Virus record (IMG/VR): IMGVR_UViG_2713896775_000007
Location: 1 to 31,955 of that record
Reading direction: 5' to 3' (one strand)
Length of the DNA: 31,955 nt
From: a virus
Lineage: Duplodnaviria; Heunggongvirae; Uroviricota; Caudoviricetes
Both the position numbers and the translations under genes were made by a program. Positions 7,942 to 18,197 of the stretch are shown one piece after another (the stretch's first letter is position 1; each line of letters begins with the position of its first letter). Below the pieces are notes generated by a model that had not been told where the DNA came from, searched no databases, and saw only the letters and a list, made by a program, of their open reading frames with translations.

Positions 7942-8958
7942 TTAAACCAAATTATGTAAAGGATTTTTTGTAACAGCATCTTCTAGATGGTCTGGAGAAA
8001 AGTGTGCGTAAACCATCGTCATTTTTATATCGGCATGGCCCAATATTTCTTTAAGGACAAGAATATTCCCGCCATTCATCATAAAATGACTGGCGAATGT
8101 ATGACGCAGCACGTGGGTGCATTGGCCCTCTGGTAGCTCGATGCCTGCTCGCTTTACTGCTCGTTCAAAGGCTTTTCTGCACGGTGTGAATAGTTTCCCT
8201 CTGTTCTTGGGGAGTTCATCATACAGATTTTGAGATATCGGCACGGTACGATTTTTCTTACCTTTTGTCTTGGTATAGGTGATCCGGTATTTTGATAACT
8301 GATGGCCCTGCAAGTTTTCTGCTTCACTCCATCGCGCACCAGTAGCCAGGCATATTTTTGCAATCATTAGTAGGCTGGTGTTTTGAGATTCGGCGCAGGC
8401 ATTAAGCAGGCGTTTGATTTCGTCCGTGGAAAGAAAAGCCAATTCACCTTCAGCAATTTTGAAGGTTGGAAGCCCTGCCAGCGGGTTTGGTGCGGACCAG
8501 TGCCCTAGTTTTTTCAATGTACCGAACACCGATGACAGGTTACGCTGCTCAAGATTAACTGTGCGAGGTTTAACGGGTGACATGAACGAGCCGTCTTCAT
8601 TTTGGACCTCCCCCTTTAATCTGGCTTCCCGATATTTTGTGAAATCACCTGCTGTCAGCTCAGAGGCGATGGGATCGCCTAGACCATTACAGATAATTCT
8701 AAGTTTCGCCATCAGGCGTTTGGGGTCTGCGAGTGTTTGACCATATAGGGAATACCACTGCTCAATCACTTCTGATAATCGCCGCCGATCTTCCTTCTCA
8801 CCAAGCCATGGCTTTTTGTTTACTTCGTCCATGGTGAAGCTTTCAAATGCAATGGCTTCGCCTTTGGTAGCAAATTGCTTACGCACGCGCTTACCATTGC
8901 GTCCATTGGGATAGCACTCACACAACCATTTTCCGTTCGGCTGTTTTCTGATGGTCAT
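7942..8958 (-). CDS. int: P2-type tyrosine integrase
   Basis: 338 aa; conserved blocks GRNGKRVRKQF, TGARWSEA, HVLRHTFASHFMMNGGNILVLKEILGH...MVYAHF. Confidence 0.9.
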   Translation of the reverse strand: MTIRKQPNGKWLCECYPNGRNGKRVRKQFATKGEAIAFESFTMDEVNKKPWLGEKEDRRRLSEVIEQWYSLYGQTLADPKRLMAKLRIICNGLGDPIASELTAGDFTKYREARLKGEVQNEDGSFMSPVKPRTVNLEQRNLSSVFGTLKKLGHWSAPNPLAGLPTFKIAEGELAFLSTDEIKRLLNACAESQNTSLLMIAKICLATGARWSEAENLQGHQLSKYRITYTKTKGKKNRTVPISQNLYDELPKNRGKLFTPCRKAFERAVKRAGIELPEGQCTHVLRHTFASHFMMNGGNILVLKEILGHADIKMTMVYAHFSPDHLEDAVTKNPLHNLV

Positions 8959-8961
8959 AAG

Positions 8962-9600
8962 TTAGAGGTTCTTGATTACTTTGACTGCACGTCCTACGAC
9001 TTCCACATCATCTACAGAACATTCAAATGAAGTGTCATCTTGGTTAACTACTATTTTGTTTCCGGGTATGCGCGCAATTTTGACGATGCTTTTAACTCCG
9101 TCCATATCGACTAACCAGAAGCCATTACTGACTTGTTTAACGGACGTATCCACTACAAAGCTATTATTAGCTGTTTTAACAAATAAAGCGTTGGATGAGT
9201 CACCATCGAGCAGGCTGCTATCAAGAAGAATTTCATCACTTGCCTGCAGTTCGCCGTTCTTCAGTTCAACACGTTTGATGCTAGGAGCAACGATCTTAGA
9301 AAGTGGTCTTACAGTGACGGGAGGTTCATTTTTGAGATTTGTTTCTTCGTTCTCACACGCATACATATCTCCTTGACCAGTAGCCAGCCATAGAAGGGAA
9401 ACTCCTGTTTCAAGGGCACATTGAATTACCCATTCGGCAGGAAAGCTATCCCTTAAGTATCTGTTAGCCATAGTGCTTTTGGATACCTCCAGATGTTCGC
9501 AGAGCTGCTGTCGTGAGCTGAAGTTGTAAGCCTTAATAAGCCTGTTAATTGCATCGCGCCCACCACTATCATTTCCCGCCTTGATCAAACTCATAATCAA
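8962..9600 (-). CDS. cI: CI-type immunity repressor (phage 186 CI family)
   Basis: N-terminal HTH block RYLRDSFPAEWVIQCALETGVSLLWLATGQG typical of 186-type CI; divergent from the early lytic promoter. Confidence 0.8.
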   Translation of the reverse strand: MIMSLIKAGNDSGGRDAINRLIKAYNFSSRQQLCEHLEVSKSTMANRYLRDSFPAEWVIQCALETGVSLLWLATGQGDMYACENEETNLKNEPPVTVRPLSKIVAPSIKRVELKNGELQASDEILLDSSLLDGDSSNALFVKTANNSFVVDTSVKQVSNGFWLVDMDGVKSIVKIARIPGNKIVVNQDDTSFECSVDDVEVVGRAVKVIKNL

Positions 9601-9605
9601 ACCCC

Positions 9606-9634
9606 TTGACGTATATAAAAAGTGATCCTAATAT
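9606..9634 (+). promoter_or_regulatory. Candidate sigma70 early lytic promoter (pR-like)
   Basis: TTGACG (9606..9611), 17-nt spacer, TAATAT (9629..9634), about 75 nt upstream of the first rightward gene. Confidence 0.5.
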
Positions 9635-9710
9635 CCATTTATGGTTTGAAAAGCAAAACCAAACCACATAAAACAAGATAAAACGAAACCAAACTAAGAG
9701 ATACTGCACT

Positions 9711-9953
9711 ATGAGTACTGATATTTCAATTCGTGTACCAAAAGAGATGGCTACGCCTGCAGAGTTCGCGGAATGGGAAGGTATCTCCCGCGGCTCCGTG
9801 TATCAAAAAATTCACCATGGTCAGCTTGCTAAATACATGGTCAAGAAAGAAAAAAACAAAGGCCGCGTAAGCCTGCGTTATCTGATGTACAAAACCGATC
9901 AAGTCCGTGAATCCCTCGGTCATTCCAACTTCCGCGTCATTGTTGGTAAGTAA
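9711..9953 (+). CDS. Small HTH protein in Apl/Cox position (excisionase/early regulator-like)
   Basis: 80-aa ORF, first gene of the rightward early operon, directly opposite CI. Confidence 0.5.
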   Translation: MSTDISIRVPKEMATPAEFAEWEGISRGSVYQKIHHGQLAKYMVKKEKNKGRVSLRYLMYKTDQVRESLGHSNFRVIVGK

Positions 9954-9985
9954 GTTCAATTATGAGAACTTTCTAAGGGGGTAGC

Positions 9986-10495
9986 ATGTTTGATTATAAG
10001 ATTTCCAAACACCCGCATTTTGATGAAGCCTGTAGAGCTTTTGCACTTCGTCACAATATGGCGAAGCTGGCAGAACGTGCAGGAATGAATGTCCAGACTC
10101 TGCGAAACAAACTCAACCCAGATCAACCGCATCAGCTCAATGCGCCAGAAATCTGGCTGCTTACCGATCTGACTGAAGATTCAACGCTGATAGATGGTTT
10201 TCTGGCACAGATTCACTGCCTGCCATGTGTACCTATTAATGAGGTAGCAAAAGAGAAACTGCCGCATTACGTCATGAGTGCAACCGCAGAGATCGGGCGT
10301 GTTGCTGCAGGTGCGGTATCTGGCGATGTAAAAACCAGTGCAGGTCGTCGTGATGCTATCAGCAGCATTAACTCTGTAACACGACTGATGGCGCTGGCTG
10401 CTGTTTCATTGCAGGCCCGTTTACAGGCTAACCCTGCGATGGCGAGTGCAGTTGATACCGTGACTGGCCTCGGTGCTTCATTCGGTTTGCTGTGA
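9986..10495 (+). CDS. cII: CII-like regulatory protein (phage 186 CII/CP76 family)
   Basis: 169 aa, the same length as 186 CII; position after apl; SD AAGGGGG upstream. Confidence 0.65.
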   Translation: MFDYKISKHPHFDEACRAFALRHNMAKLAERAGMNVQTLRNKLNPDQPHQLNAPEIWLLTDLTEDSTLIDGFLAQIHCLPCVPINEVAKEKLPHYVMSATAEIGRVAAGAVSGDVKTSAGRRDAISSINSVTRLMALAAVSLQARLQANPAMASAVDTVTGLGASFGLL

Positions 10496-10502
10496 GGTGC
10501 TT

Positions 10503-10703
10503 ATGCTGACGAAAGAACCATCATTTGCATCGCTGCTGGTAAAACAAAGCCCGGCAATGCACTACGGTCACGGCTGGATAATGGGTAAGGATGGTAAACG
10601 CTGGCATCCGTGCCGTTCACAAGATGAATTGCTGGCAGAACTATCAACGAAAAAACGGGGGAACAAATGGCTATTGAAGGCGCTGCGGCGACTGTTCCAT
10701 TAA
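10503..10703 (+). CDS. Hypothetical small basic protein
   Basis: SD GAGGTG at 10494..10499 before ATG 10503; early-operon position. Confidence 0.4.
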   Translation: MLTKEPSFASLLVKQSPAMHYGHGWIMGKDGKRWHPCRSQDELLAELSTKKRGNKWLLKALRRLFH

Positions 10704-11008
10704 GCCCCGGTGAACGCCTGAATGGACTTAATCACATTGCGGAGTTAAGGGCGAAAGTTTTTGGCCTGAATATTGAGTCAGAGCTTGAGCGGTTTATTAA
10801 AGATATGCGTGATCCACGGGATATCAATAATGAACAAAATAAACGGGCACTAGCTGCCATATTCTTTATGGCAAAAATTCCAGCTGAACGTCATAGCATC
10901 AGCATTAATGAGCTGACCACTGACGAAAAGCGGGAGCTGATTAAAGCAATGAATCATTTTCGTGCAGTGGTGAGCTTATTTCCCAGACGGCTAACCATGC
11001 CGAATTAA
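10667..11008 (+). CDS. Hypothetical protein (early operon)
   Basis: 113-aa ORF overlapping the upstream gene end. Confidence 0.45.
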   Translation: MAIEGAAATVPLSPGERLNGLNHIAELRAKVFGLNIESELERFIKDMRDPRDINNEQNKRALAAIFFMAKIPAERHSISINELTTDEKRELIKAMNHFRAVVSLFPRRLTMPN

Positions 11009-11075
11009 CCAACTAATGAAAGTAATGGCGTAAACCCGCCAGGCATCCCTTTATCTAAATTCAGGAGAATTGATT

Positions 11076-11309
11076 ATGCGTAATATTGAAACCCTCACGA
11101 CCAAAACCGGACCGGATGACGCAGGGCTTAATATTTTACTGACAGAGGCTCGTCTGGAAGAACGCCGAGCAAGGGCTGAAGCAATGGCAGCTCGCCTTGA
11201 TAGTCTGGCGTGTCATATTACATCCCGCCAGCTAAACCACGTCGAAGCGGCAGAACTGCTGCGTGTGACTGCTGAAGCAATCCAGAACGAAGCGCAGGAG
11301 ATCCACTAA
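11076..11309 (+). CDS. Hypothetical protein (early operon)
   Basis: SD AGGAGA before ATG 11076; stop overlaps the next start. Confidence 0.45.
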   Translation: MRNIETLTTKTGPDDAGLNILLTEARLEERRARAEAMAARLDSLACHITSRQLNHVEAAELLRVTAEAIQNEAQEIH

Positions 11310-11536
11310 TGGCTGATGCAATGGATCTCGTACAGCAGCGCGTTGAAGAAGAACGCCAGCGCCATATTCGTGCTGCCCGTGCCAAAACACTGGGCGTGTC
11401 TCGCGTGCTTTGTATTGAATGTGAAGCGCCAATTCCGCCAGCACGACGCCGCGCCATTCCGGGAGTGCAGCTTTGCATTACCTGCCAGGAAATCGCAGAG
11501 CTGAAAGGCAAACATTACAACGGAGGTGCTGTATGA
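11309..11536 (+). CDS. TraR/DksA-family C4 zinc-finger protein
   Basis: 75 aa with CIECEAPIP...CITCQ (CxxC-x17-CxxC). Confidence 0.75.
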
Positions 11537-11835
11537 CAAGGGCAGTGCGTATCCATCAATTAAAAATTGCACCTAAGTATTTCAACGCTGTGGTTGCAGG
11601 TCAAAAGACGGCTGAACTTCGTAAAGACGATCGTGGCTATAAAGTTGGTGATGTTCTTTCTCTTTGCGAATGGAAGCATGGCGTATTTACGGGTAGGGAA
11701 TGGGCCGCTGTTATCTCTCATGTGCTTCCGGTTAATGACGTCATGGCAGTTTCAGAACAATGGGTGATGCTATCAATTCGCCCATTAACCCCATTAGAAG
11801 CTTTAGGATATGTTATTGCAGGAGGTGCTGTATGA
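11533..11835 (+). CDS. DUF3850/ASCH-like (PUA-fold) protein
   Basis: [37 protein letters not shown] pattern; SD GGAGG before ATG 11533; the longer 11473 start was rejected. Confidence 0.6.
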
Positions 11836-12689
11836 GTACCATCCTGAAATGGGCGGGTAATAAAACTGCCATTATGTCCGAACTGAAAAAACATCTTCCT
11901 GCTGGCCCGCGACTGGTTGAACCTTTCGCGGGTTCCTGTGCTGTGATGATGGAGACGGATTACCCCAGCTATCTTGTTGCGGATATTAATCCTGATTTAA
12001 TCAACCTCTATAAAAAGGTTGCTGCTGATTGCGAGGCGTTTATATCTCGTGCCAGAGCTTTATTTGAGGAAGCAAACAGGGAGTTGGCTTATTACAACAT
12101 AAGGCAGGAGTTTAATTACTCCACTGAAATTACTGATTTCATGAAAGCGGTATATTTCCTGTATCTCAATCGTCATGGTTACCGTGGGTTATGTCGTTAT
12201 AACAAGAGCGGGCATTTCAACATTCCATACGGTAATTATAAAAATCCGTATTTCCCTGAAAAAGAAATTCGCGCATTTGCAGAGAAAGCCCAGCGAGCAA
12301 CGTTTATCTGCGCCAGCTTTGATGAAACGCTGGCGATGCTGCAGGTGGGGGATGTGGTGTATTGCGATCCGCCTTATGACGGTACGTTTTCCGGCTATCA
12401 CACTAACGGCTTCACTGAAGATGACCAGTATCACCTGGCATCTGTTCTTGAATATCGATCATCAGAAGGTCATCCAGTCATTGTTTCTAACAGTGACACA
12501 TCCCTGATCCGTTCGCTGTATCGAAACTTCACTCACCACTACATCAAGGTAAAACGCAGCATCGGCGTGTCGGCTGGCGAGAGTAAATCTGCAACAGAAA
12601 TCATTGCTGTGTCCGGGGCGCGCTGCTGGGTGGGATTTGATCCTTCGCGTGGCGTGGATAGTTCTGCCATGTACGGAGTGCGTGCATGA
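11832..12689 (+). CDS. dam: Dam-family DNA N6-adenine methyltransferase
   Basis: ILKWAGNK N-terminus, FAGSCAV (AdoMet site) and catalytic DPPY motif; SD GGAGG before ATG 11832. Confidence 0.9.
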
Positions 12690-15100
12690 GCCATGATGAT
12701 ATGAACAACTGCAGCGGCTTTAACGAGGTCGCCGCAGCATTCTCATGGAACAGCCCGAAAAAGGCCATTAACCCTTATCTGGACCCGGCGGAAGTTGCGC
12801 CGGTTTCTGCGCTTTCAAACCTGATCACTCTGTACGCTGTCGATAACGAGCAGGAACAGCTGCGCCGCGAGGCACTGAGTGATCAGGTCTGGGAGCGTTA
12901 TTTCTTTAATGAATCCCGTGATCCTGTCCAACGCGAAATGGAGCAGGATAAACTCATTAGCCGGGCAAAGCTGGCGCATGAGCAGCAGCGTTTTAATCCG
13001 GATATGGTCATTCTGGCGGACGTCAACGCCCAGCCTTCCCATATCAGCAAGCCGCTGATGCAACGTATTGAATACTTCAGCAGCCTGGGCAGGCCAAAGG
13101 CTTATTCCCGCTATTTGCGTGAGACGATTAAGCCATGTCTGGAACGACTGGAGCATGTACGCGAGAGTCAGCTATCCACTTCTTTTCGCTTTATGGCAAG
13201 CCATGAAGGGCTGGACGGCCTGCTGATCCTGCCTGAAATGAGTCAGGATCAGGTGAAACGCCTGTCTACTCTTGTCGCTGCGCATATGAGCATGTGTCTT
13301 GATGCCGCTTGTGGTGATTTGTACACCACCGAAGATGTTAAGCCAGAAGAAATCCGCAAGACATGGGAAAAGGTGGCAGCAGAAACCCTGCGACTGGATG
13401 TCATACCGCCTGCGTTTGAGCATCTCCGCCGGAAAAGAAACCGCCGTAAACCCGTGCCCTATGAACTTATTCCGGGTTCGCTGGCGCGTATGTTGTGCGC
13501 CGACTGGTGGTACCGGAAATTATGGAAGATGCGTAGCGAATGGCGGGAAGAGCAGTTGCGTGCTATTTGCCTGGTCAGCAAAAAAGCATCTCCCTATGTC
13601 AGCTATGAAGCCGTGATGCATAAACGTGAGCAGCGCCGTAAGTCGCTGGAGTTTTTCCGTTCTCATGAACTGGTGAACGAAGACGGCGACACGCTGGATA
13701 TGGAAGACGTGGTAAACGCCAGCAGCAGCAACCCTGCGCATCGCCGCAATGAGATGATGGCCTGTGTTAAAGGTCTGGAGCTTATCGCGGAAATGCGCGG
13801 TGACTGCGCCGTTTTCTACACCATCACCTGTCCGTCACGTTTCCATTCCACGCTAAATAACGGCAGGCCAAACCCGACCTGGACCAACGCGACAGTAAGA
13901 CAAAGCAGCGATTATCTGGTCGGCATGTTTGCTGCATTTCGTAAGGCTATGCACAAAGCCGGGTTGCGCTGGTATGGCGTGCGGGTGGCTGAGCCGCATC
14001 ATGATGGCACAGTTCACTGGCACCTGTTGTGTTTCATGCGCAAAAAAGACCGCCGTGCCATCACTGCATTACTGCGTAAGTTTGCCATCCGTGAAGACCG
14101 CGAGGAGCTGGGCAATAACACTGGGCCGCGCTTTAAGTCTGAGTTGATTAACCCGCGCAAAGGAACGCCGACAAGCTACATCGCGAAATATATCAGTAAG
14201 AACATTGACGGTCGTGGTCTGGCTGGCGAGATCAGCAAGGAAACGGGTAAATCTCTGCGTGATAACGCTGAATACGTGAATGCCTGGGCGTCTTTGCATC
14301 GTGTTCAGCAATTCCGCTTCTTTGGCATTCCGGGGCGTCAGGCTTACCGTGAACTGCGATTGTTGGCTGGTCAGGCGGCAAGGCAACAGGGGGACAAAAA
14401 TGCAGGTGCGCCGGTACTGGATAACCCGCGTCTTGATGCCATTCTGGCTGCTGCTGATGCTGGTTGTTTTGCCACCTACATCATGAAGCAGGGCGGCGTA
14501 CTGGTTCCCCGTAAATATCACCTCATCAGAACCGCTTATGAAATCAACGAAGAGCCGACCGCCTATGGCGATCACGGCATTCGTATTTATGGCATCTGGT
14601 CACCCATTGCAGAGGGCAAGATCTGCACTCATGCAGTGAAGTGGAAAATGGTTCGTAAAGCCGTTGACGTTCAGGAGGCGGCAGCCGACCAGGGCGCTTG
14701 CGCCCCTTGGACTCGTGGCAATAACTGTCCCCTTGCTGAAAATTTGTACCAACAAGGGAAAGACAAATCAGCTGATGGAGATACCAGAACGGATATCACC
14801 CGTATGGATGACAAGGAGTTGCACGATTACCTGCACAGTATGAGCAAAAAAGAGCGCCGGGAACTGGCAGCAAGGTTACGCCTGGTGAAACCGAAACGGC
14901 GTAAAGACTACAAACAGCGAATTACAGATCATCAGCGACAGCAGCTCGTGTATGAACTGAAGTCCAGGGGATTTGATGGCAGCGAGAAAGAGGTCGATTT
15001 ACTCCTTCGCGGCGGCAGTATTCCGTCAGGAGCAGGCCTGCGTATCTTCTATCGGAACCAGCGTTTGCAGGAAGATGATAAGTGGCGGGATCTGTATTAA
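12686..15100 (+). CDS. A: Replication initiation endonuclease gpA (rolling-circle, HUH type)
   Basis: 804 aa; HUH-like [11 protein letters not shown] and tyrosine motif YIAKYISKN. Confidence 0.9.
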   Translation: MSHDDMNNCSGFNEVAAAFSWNSPKKAINPYLDPAEVAPVSALSNLITLYAVDNEQEQLRREALSDQVWERYFFNESRDPVQREMEQDKLISRAKLAHEQQRFNPDMVILADVNAQPSHISKPLMQRIEYFSSLGRPKAYSRYLRETIKPCLERLEHVRESQLSTSFRFMASHEGLDGLLILPEMSQDQVKRLSTLVAAHMSMCLDAACGDLYTTEDVKPEEIRKTWEKVAAETLRLDVIPPAFEHLRRKRNRRKPVPYELIPGSLARMLCADWWYRKLWKMRSEWREEQLRAICLVSKKASPYVSYEAVMHKREQRRKSLEFFRSHELVNEDGDTLDMEDVVNASSSNPAHRRNEMMACVKGLELIAEMRGDCAVFYTITCPSRFHSTLNNGRPNPTWTNATVRQSSDYLVGMFAAFRKAMHKAGLRWYGVRVAEPHHDGTVHWHLLCFMRKKDRRAITALLRKFAIREDREELGNNTGPRFKSELINPRKGTPTSYIAKYISKNIDGRGLAGEISKETGKSLRDNAEYVNAWASLHRVQQFRFFGIPGRQAYRELRLLAGQAARQQGDKNAGAPVLDNPRLDAILAAADAGCFATYIMKQGGVLVPRKYHLIRTAYEINEEPTAYGDHGIRIYGIWSPIAEGKICTHAVKWKMVRKAVDVQEAAADQGACAPWTRGNNCPLAENLYQQGKDKSADGDTRTDITRMDDKELHDYLHSMSKKERRELAARLRLVKPKRRKDYKQRITDHQRQQLVYELKSRGFDGSEKEVDLLLRGGSIPSGAGLRIFYRNQRLQEDDKWRDLY

Positions 15101-15169
15101 TTACGCGGGTTAACAATTCGTGCTCTTAATAATACCAGGCATATCAGGCTGATGAACGTAAAAAAACGT

Positions 15170-15196
15170 TTTACATCAGTAAGATTATTATATACT
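15170..15196 (+). promoter_or_regulatory. Candidate SOS promoter for the orf62/dinI-like operon
   Basis: TTTACA (15170..15175), 15-nt spacer, TATACT (15191..15196), with the -10 overlapping the LexA box. Confidence 0.4.
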
Positions 15197-15212
15197 GTAA
15201 ATATAAACAGTG
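15193..15212 (+). promoter_or_regulatory. LexA (SOS) box
   Basis: TACTGTAAATATAAACAGTG = CTGT-N8-ACAG with AT-rich spacer, 41 nt upstream of orf62. Confidence 0.75.
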
Positions 15213-15252
15213 GTTATGTATACAGTATTGCTTTGGTGTCATAGGAGGAAAG

Positions 15253-15441
15253 ATGCAGGCCTATTTTTTGGAGTCTTTGAAGCTCCAGCGCATTGATTTT
15301 TTTCTTAAGCTTGTAGCGGCTAGTGAGTGTAGTGATGAAGAGAAGGGGCTGGCTTTGCAGTGGGTTTCTGAACTAACAGATGAACTCATGGCAAAAATCA
15401 GAACCCACGAATACAACCGCTCAATGGATGTCATCAGCTGA
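15253..15441 (+). CDS. Small SOS-controlled protein (candidate Tum-like antirepressor; function not established)
   Basis: SD AGGAGG at 15243..15248; directly downstream of the LexA box; first gene of a two-gene unit with the DinI-like gene. Confidence 0.45.
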   Translation: MQAYFLESLKLQRIDFFLKLVAASECSDEEKGLALQWVSELTDELMAKIRTHEYNRSMDVIS

Positions 15442-15451
15442 GGTGACTTTT

Positions 15452-15685
15452 ATGCGCATTGAAATAATGATCGATAAAGAGCAGAAGATTAGCCAGTCTA
15501 CCCTGGACGCTCTGGAGTCCGAGCTTTACCGCAACCTGCGCCCCCTGTATCCCAAAACGGTAATTCGTATCCGTAAAGGTAGCTCTAACGGTGTGGAACT
15601 GACCGGACTGAAACTGGACGAAGAAAAAAAACAAGTGATGAAAATTATGCAGAAGGTGTGGGAAGACGACAGCTGGCTGCATTAA
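15452..15685 (+). CDS. DinI-like protein
   Basis: MRIEIMIDK...LESELYRNLRPLYP...WEDDSWL resembles DinI; SD GAGGTGA before ATG 15452. Confidence 0.8.
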   Translation: MRIEIMIDKEQKISQSTLDALESELYRNLRPLYPKTVIRIRKGSSNGVELTGLKLDEEKKQVMKIMQKVWEDDSWLH

Positions 15686-15999
15686 GAAACGTTGCCCCCA
15701 GGAGGATTCATTCTGAAGGGGGCTAGTTTGGGCAACGAGTGAAATAAGGTGTAAGGTCATTTTGATAAATGATCGTCTGCTTTGTGCAAGATGCAAACGT
15801 TTCTTCTGCTAACTTTCGTTAATTAACGAATGGCAGACTAATTCGCAACGGATAATCTGAATTTTGTAAGATTATGGGCATTTCTATAAAATTTACTAAT
15901 AATAACCTTACAATGTACACTACCGATTGAATTTTCCATAGTTGGCCTTTGGCTCTACTTACCATCTATGTTTATGTATTTTATCAAAATGGACTAAAA

Positions 16000-17892
16000 A
16001 TGAACAATACGTACATCAAAGACTATATAGAATATTACCTTAGCCTTACAACTGAACCTCAATACGCCATTATGCTTAAAGGTGCTTGGGGATCAGGTAA
16101 AACTTGGTTCATTGAACAAGTTCTTGAAGAATATAAGCAGAAGAATTCAGAGTTTAAATTTCTAAAAGTGAGTTTGTATGGCGTCAACTCTATTAAGCAG
16201 ATTGAAGATGAGTTCTATCGTCAACTTCATCCTGTCCTATCAAACAAAGCCCTTATCTTTGGTGCAAATGTACTAAAAAATACGCTTAAGGCTACTTTCA
16301 AGATCGATCTCAATGGCGATAATAAATCTGACGTTGATGTCAATACCAATGTTCCCACCATTAATCTTAACGATTTTAGTAGAAAACCAGATGGTTTTGT
16401 GCTGGTCTTTGATGATATCGAGAGAGCTGGTATAGATTTACCAATTTTATTTGGATATATAAACCACTTTGTAGAAGTAAACGGATACAAAGCGATCTTG
16501 GTTGCCAATGAAGAAGAAATAATCAATAGAGAAAAGCGAATAAATAATGATGATGAGAAATCTAGCAGCGAATACATGAGAACAAAAGAAAAGCTTGTTG
16601 GTAAAACATTTGAAGTAACGTCAGATTTACATAGTGCTTGTAATGTTTTTTTGGGCGTAATTAGCAGTTTACACGTTGCTAATATATTTAAAGAAGATAT
16701 GCAGGCCATAGAAGACATCTATGTGTCGGCGAAATATAATAATCTAAGACACTTGAGGCAGTTCTTTCTTGATGTACAACGCATCATTTCCCTTTTTGGA
16801 AATAAATATGTCAGCAACGACGATTTTATGAGGGTATTTTTCCAGCAGTTGTTAATTTTCTCGATAGAGTACCGGGGAGGGAACCTTAACTACGAGGAAT
16901 TCGATTCAATCAGCAATGTTAATTATGGTATGTTTTTAGGTAAAGAGCGTACCAAAACTAAGTATGACATGATCGTCGAGAAATATTCATCTCCTGTATT
17001 AACCGAGAAGTTACTGGATGGTGCGTACTGGAGGGAGCTAATCTGTGATGGAAAGGTAACGAGTGAACTTCTCGCTCAGTTGGATATTACGCGATTTTTT
17101 AGAAGCACCGATGCCCAAGCATGGGAGTATTTGTGGAACTATCGAGAACTTAATGAAACTATGCTTAATGAGCAGTACGCCATTGCCAAGGATAATCTAT
17201 TTTCAGGTAAGATCACTTCCTTAGGTGAACTCCTGATGACCGCGAGTATTTTGCTGGACATGGCGAAAGAAGGTCTAACAACAGATGATGTTCATGATCT
17301 CATAAATGAGACAAAACAGAATATAAATAATTATTATAATAGACTTAGAGCTGAAGATATACATAAGGAATATGCGCAAACGCATTATAACGAATTAAGG
17401 GCATGGCGTGGCTTTGGTTTTCTTGACAGGGATAGCGATGAATTCAAACTCATTATTGAGCATATTGAGATAGCGAAGAAGAAACGGTTTGATGAATCAA
17501 TTCCGGAATTTGCGTTGCAGTTCAGCGATGAGTTGCAAAGGGGAAACTTATCGTTTGTATCTGAATTGAGTCATTCTAATAATAGGCAGTTAAATCTTCA
17601 TAACGTGCCTTTTTTACACTTGGTTCCTCCTGAAGTTTTCATTGAAAGCTATAGGAAACTTGACCCAGTCCTCATGAGGAAACTGGCATTTAGCTTGCGG
17701 AATCGTTATTCTGATGGGGATGCTAGAACCAGACTGACCGAAGAATACAACTGGTTGATTAACCTAAAAGAGATAGCTGTAGATTTCACTCAAAACGCAG
17801 CCAATAACTCCTTTCAGGTTTTTCACGTAAAGTTTTTTATTGACTATGTATTAACTAGCGCAATCAAATTCTTTACTGAGGGAACTGATTAA
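16000..17892 (+). CDS. KAP-family-like P-loop NTPase (cargo; candidate anti-phage gene)
   Basis: Walker A GAWGSGKT and Walker B VLVFDDIER (hhhhDD-x-ER, KAP-like) about 115 aa apart; large helical C-terminal region; AT-rich; likely start ATG 16000. Confidence 0.75.
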   Translation: MNNTYIKDYIEYYLSLTTEPQYAIMLKGAWGSGKTWFIEQVLEEYKQKNSEFKFLKVSLYGVNSIKQIEDEFYRQLHPVLSNKALIFGANVLKNTLKATFKIDLNGDNKSDVDVNTNVPTINLNDFSRKPDGFVLVFDDIERAGIDLPILFGYINHFVEVNGYKAILVANEEEIINREKRINNDDEKSSSEYMRTKEKLVGKTFEVTSDLHSACNVFLGVISSLHVANIFKEDMQAIEDIYVSAKYNNLRHLRQFFLDVQRIISLFGNKYVSNDDFMRVFFQQLLIFSIEYRGGNLNYEEFDSISNVNYGMFLGKERTKTKYDMIVEKYSSPVLTEKLLDGAYWRELICDGKVTSELLAQLDITRFFRSTDAQAWEYLWNYRELNETMLNEQYAIAKDNLFSGKITSLGELLMTASILLDMAKEGLTTDDVHDLINETKQNINNYYNRLRAEDIHKEYAQTHYNELRAWRGFGFLDRDSDEFKLIIEHIEIAKKKRFDESIPEFALQFSDELQRGNLSFVSELSHSNNRQLNLHNVPFLHLVPPEVFIESYRKLDPVLMRKLAFSLRNRYSDGDARTRLTEEYNWLINLKEIAVDFTQNAANNSFQVFHVKFFIDYVLTSAIKFFTEGTD

Positions 17893-17957
17893 CTTTTTGT
17901 TGATTAACATAGGCAATATTATTAGAAGTACTAGGGATAGTCAGTAAAATTATTAAC

Positions 17958-17989
17958 GTCCGCTTCGCTCAAAGCGGACTTTGTGCTTT
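17958..17989 (+). terminator. Rho-independent terminator after the KAP NTPase gene
   Basis: GTCCGCTT (17958..17965), loop CGCTCA, AAGCGGAC (17972..17979), then TTTGTGCTTT. Confidence 0.6.
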
Positions 17990-18177
17990 ATAAAAACGAG
18001 AGTTTTGTTTTTCAAGCGGTCATTCGGTTACGGGATTTCACTTCCCCCGTAAGTGCATGACTATGCCGCATGAGATCGCATGATCGTTTGCGGATCGTTT
18101 TTGCTAAGGCACGCCAGAACTGGTGGGATTTTGCGTAGATCATGCGCCTGCATGAAAACCGCTACATAAAGCGGGCA

Positions 18178-18197
18178 GGCGTGGCGGGGATACGAGC
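18178..18197. other. Candidate cos site (P2/186-type cohesive-end sequence) inside a GC-rich non-coding block (17990..18274)
   Basis: GGCGTGGCGGGGATACGAGC followed by GCGCGCTG; the first 13 nt match the 186/P2 cohesive-end consensus GGCG(A/T)GGCGGGGA as recalled, and the GCGCGCTG just downstream also matches P2. Confidence 0.45.

Noticed and set aside
11218-11572. Minus-strand ORFs overlapping the TraR-like and neighbouring early genes
   Set aside because: They lie antisense to a tightly packed, translationally coupled plus-strand operon with clear ribosome-binding sites.
15686-15760. Inverted repeat GCCCCC...GGGGGC after the DinI-like gene as a terminator
   Set aside because: 6-bp stem with a 17-nt loop and no following T-run; too weak to call.
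16000-17892. Possibility that the NTPase is an OLD-family (P2 old-like) nuclease
   Set aside because: Walker A to Walker B spacing is short and Walker B reads FDDIER (KAP-like), not the ABC-type hhhhDEPE; no TOPRIM-like acidic motifs were seen in the C-terminal half.
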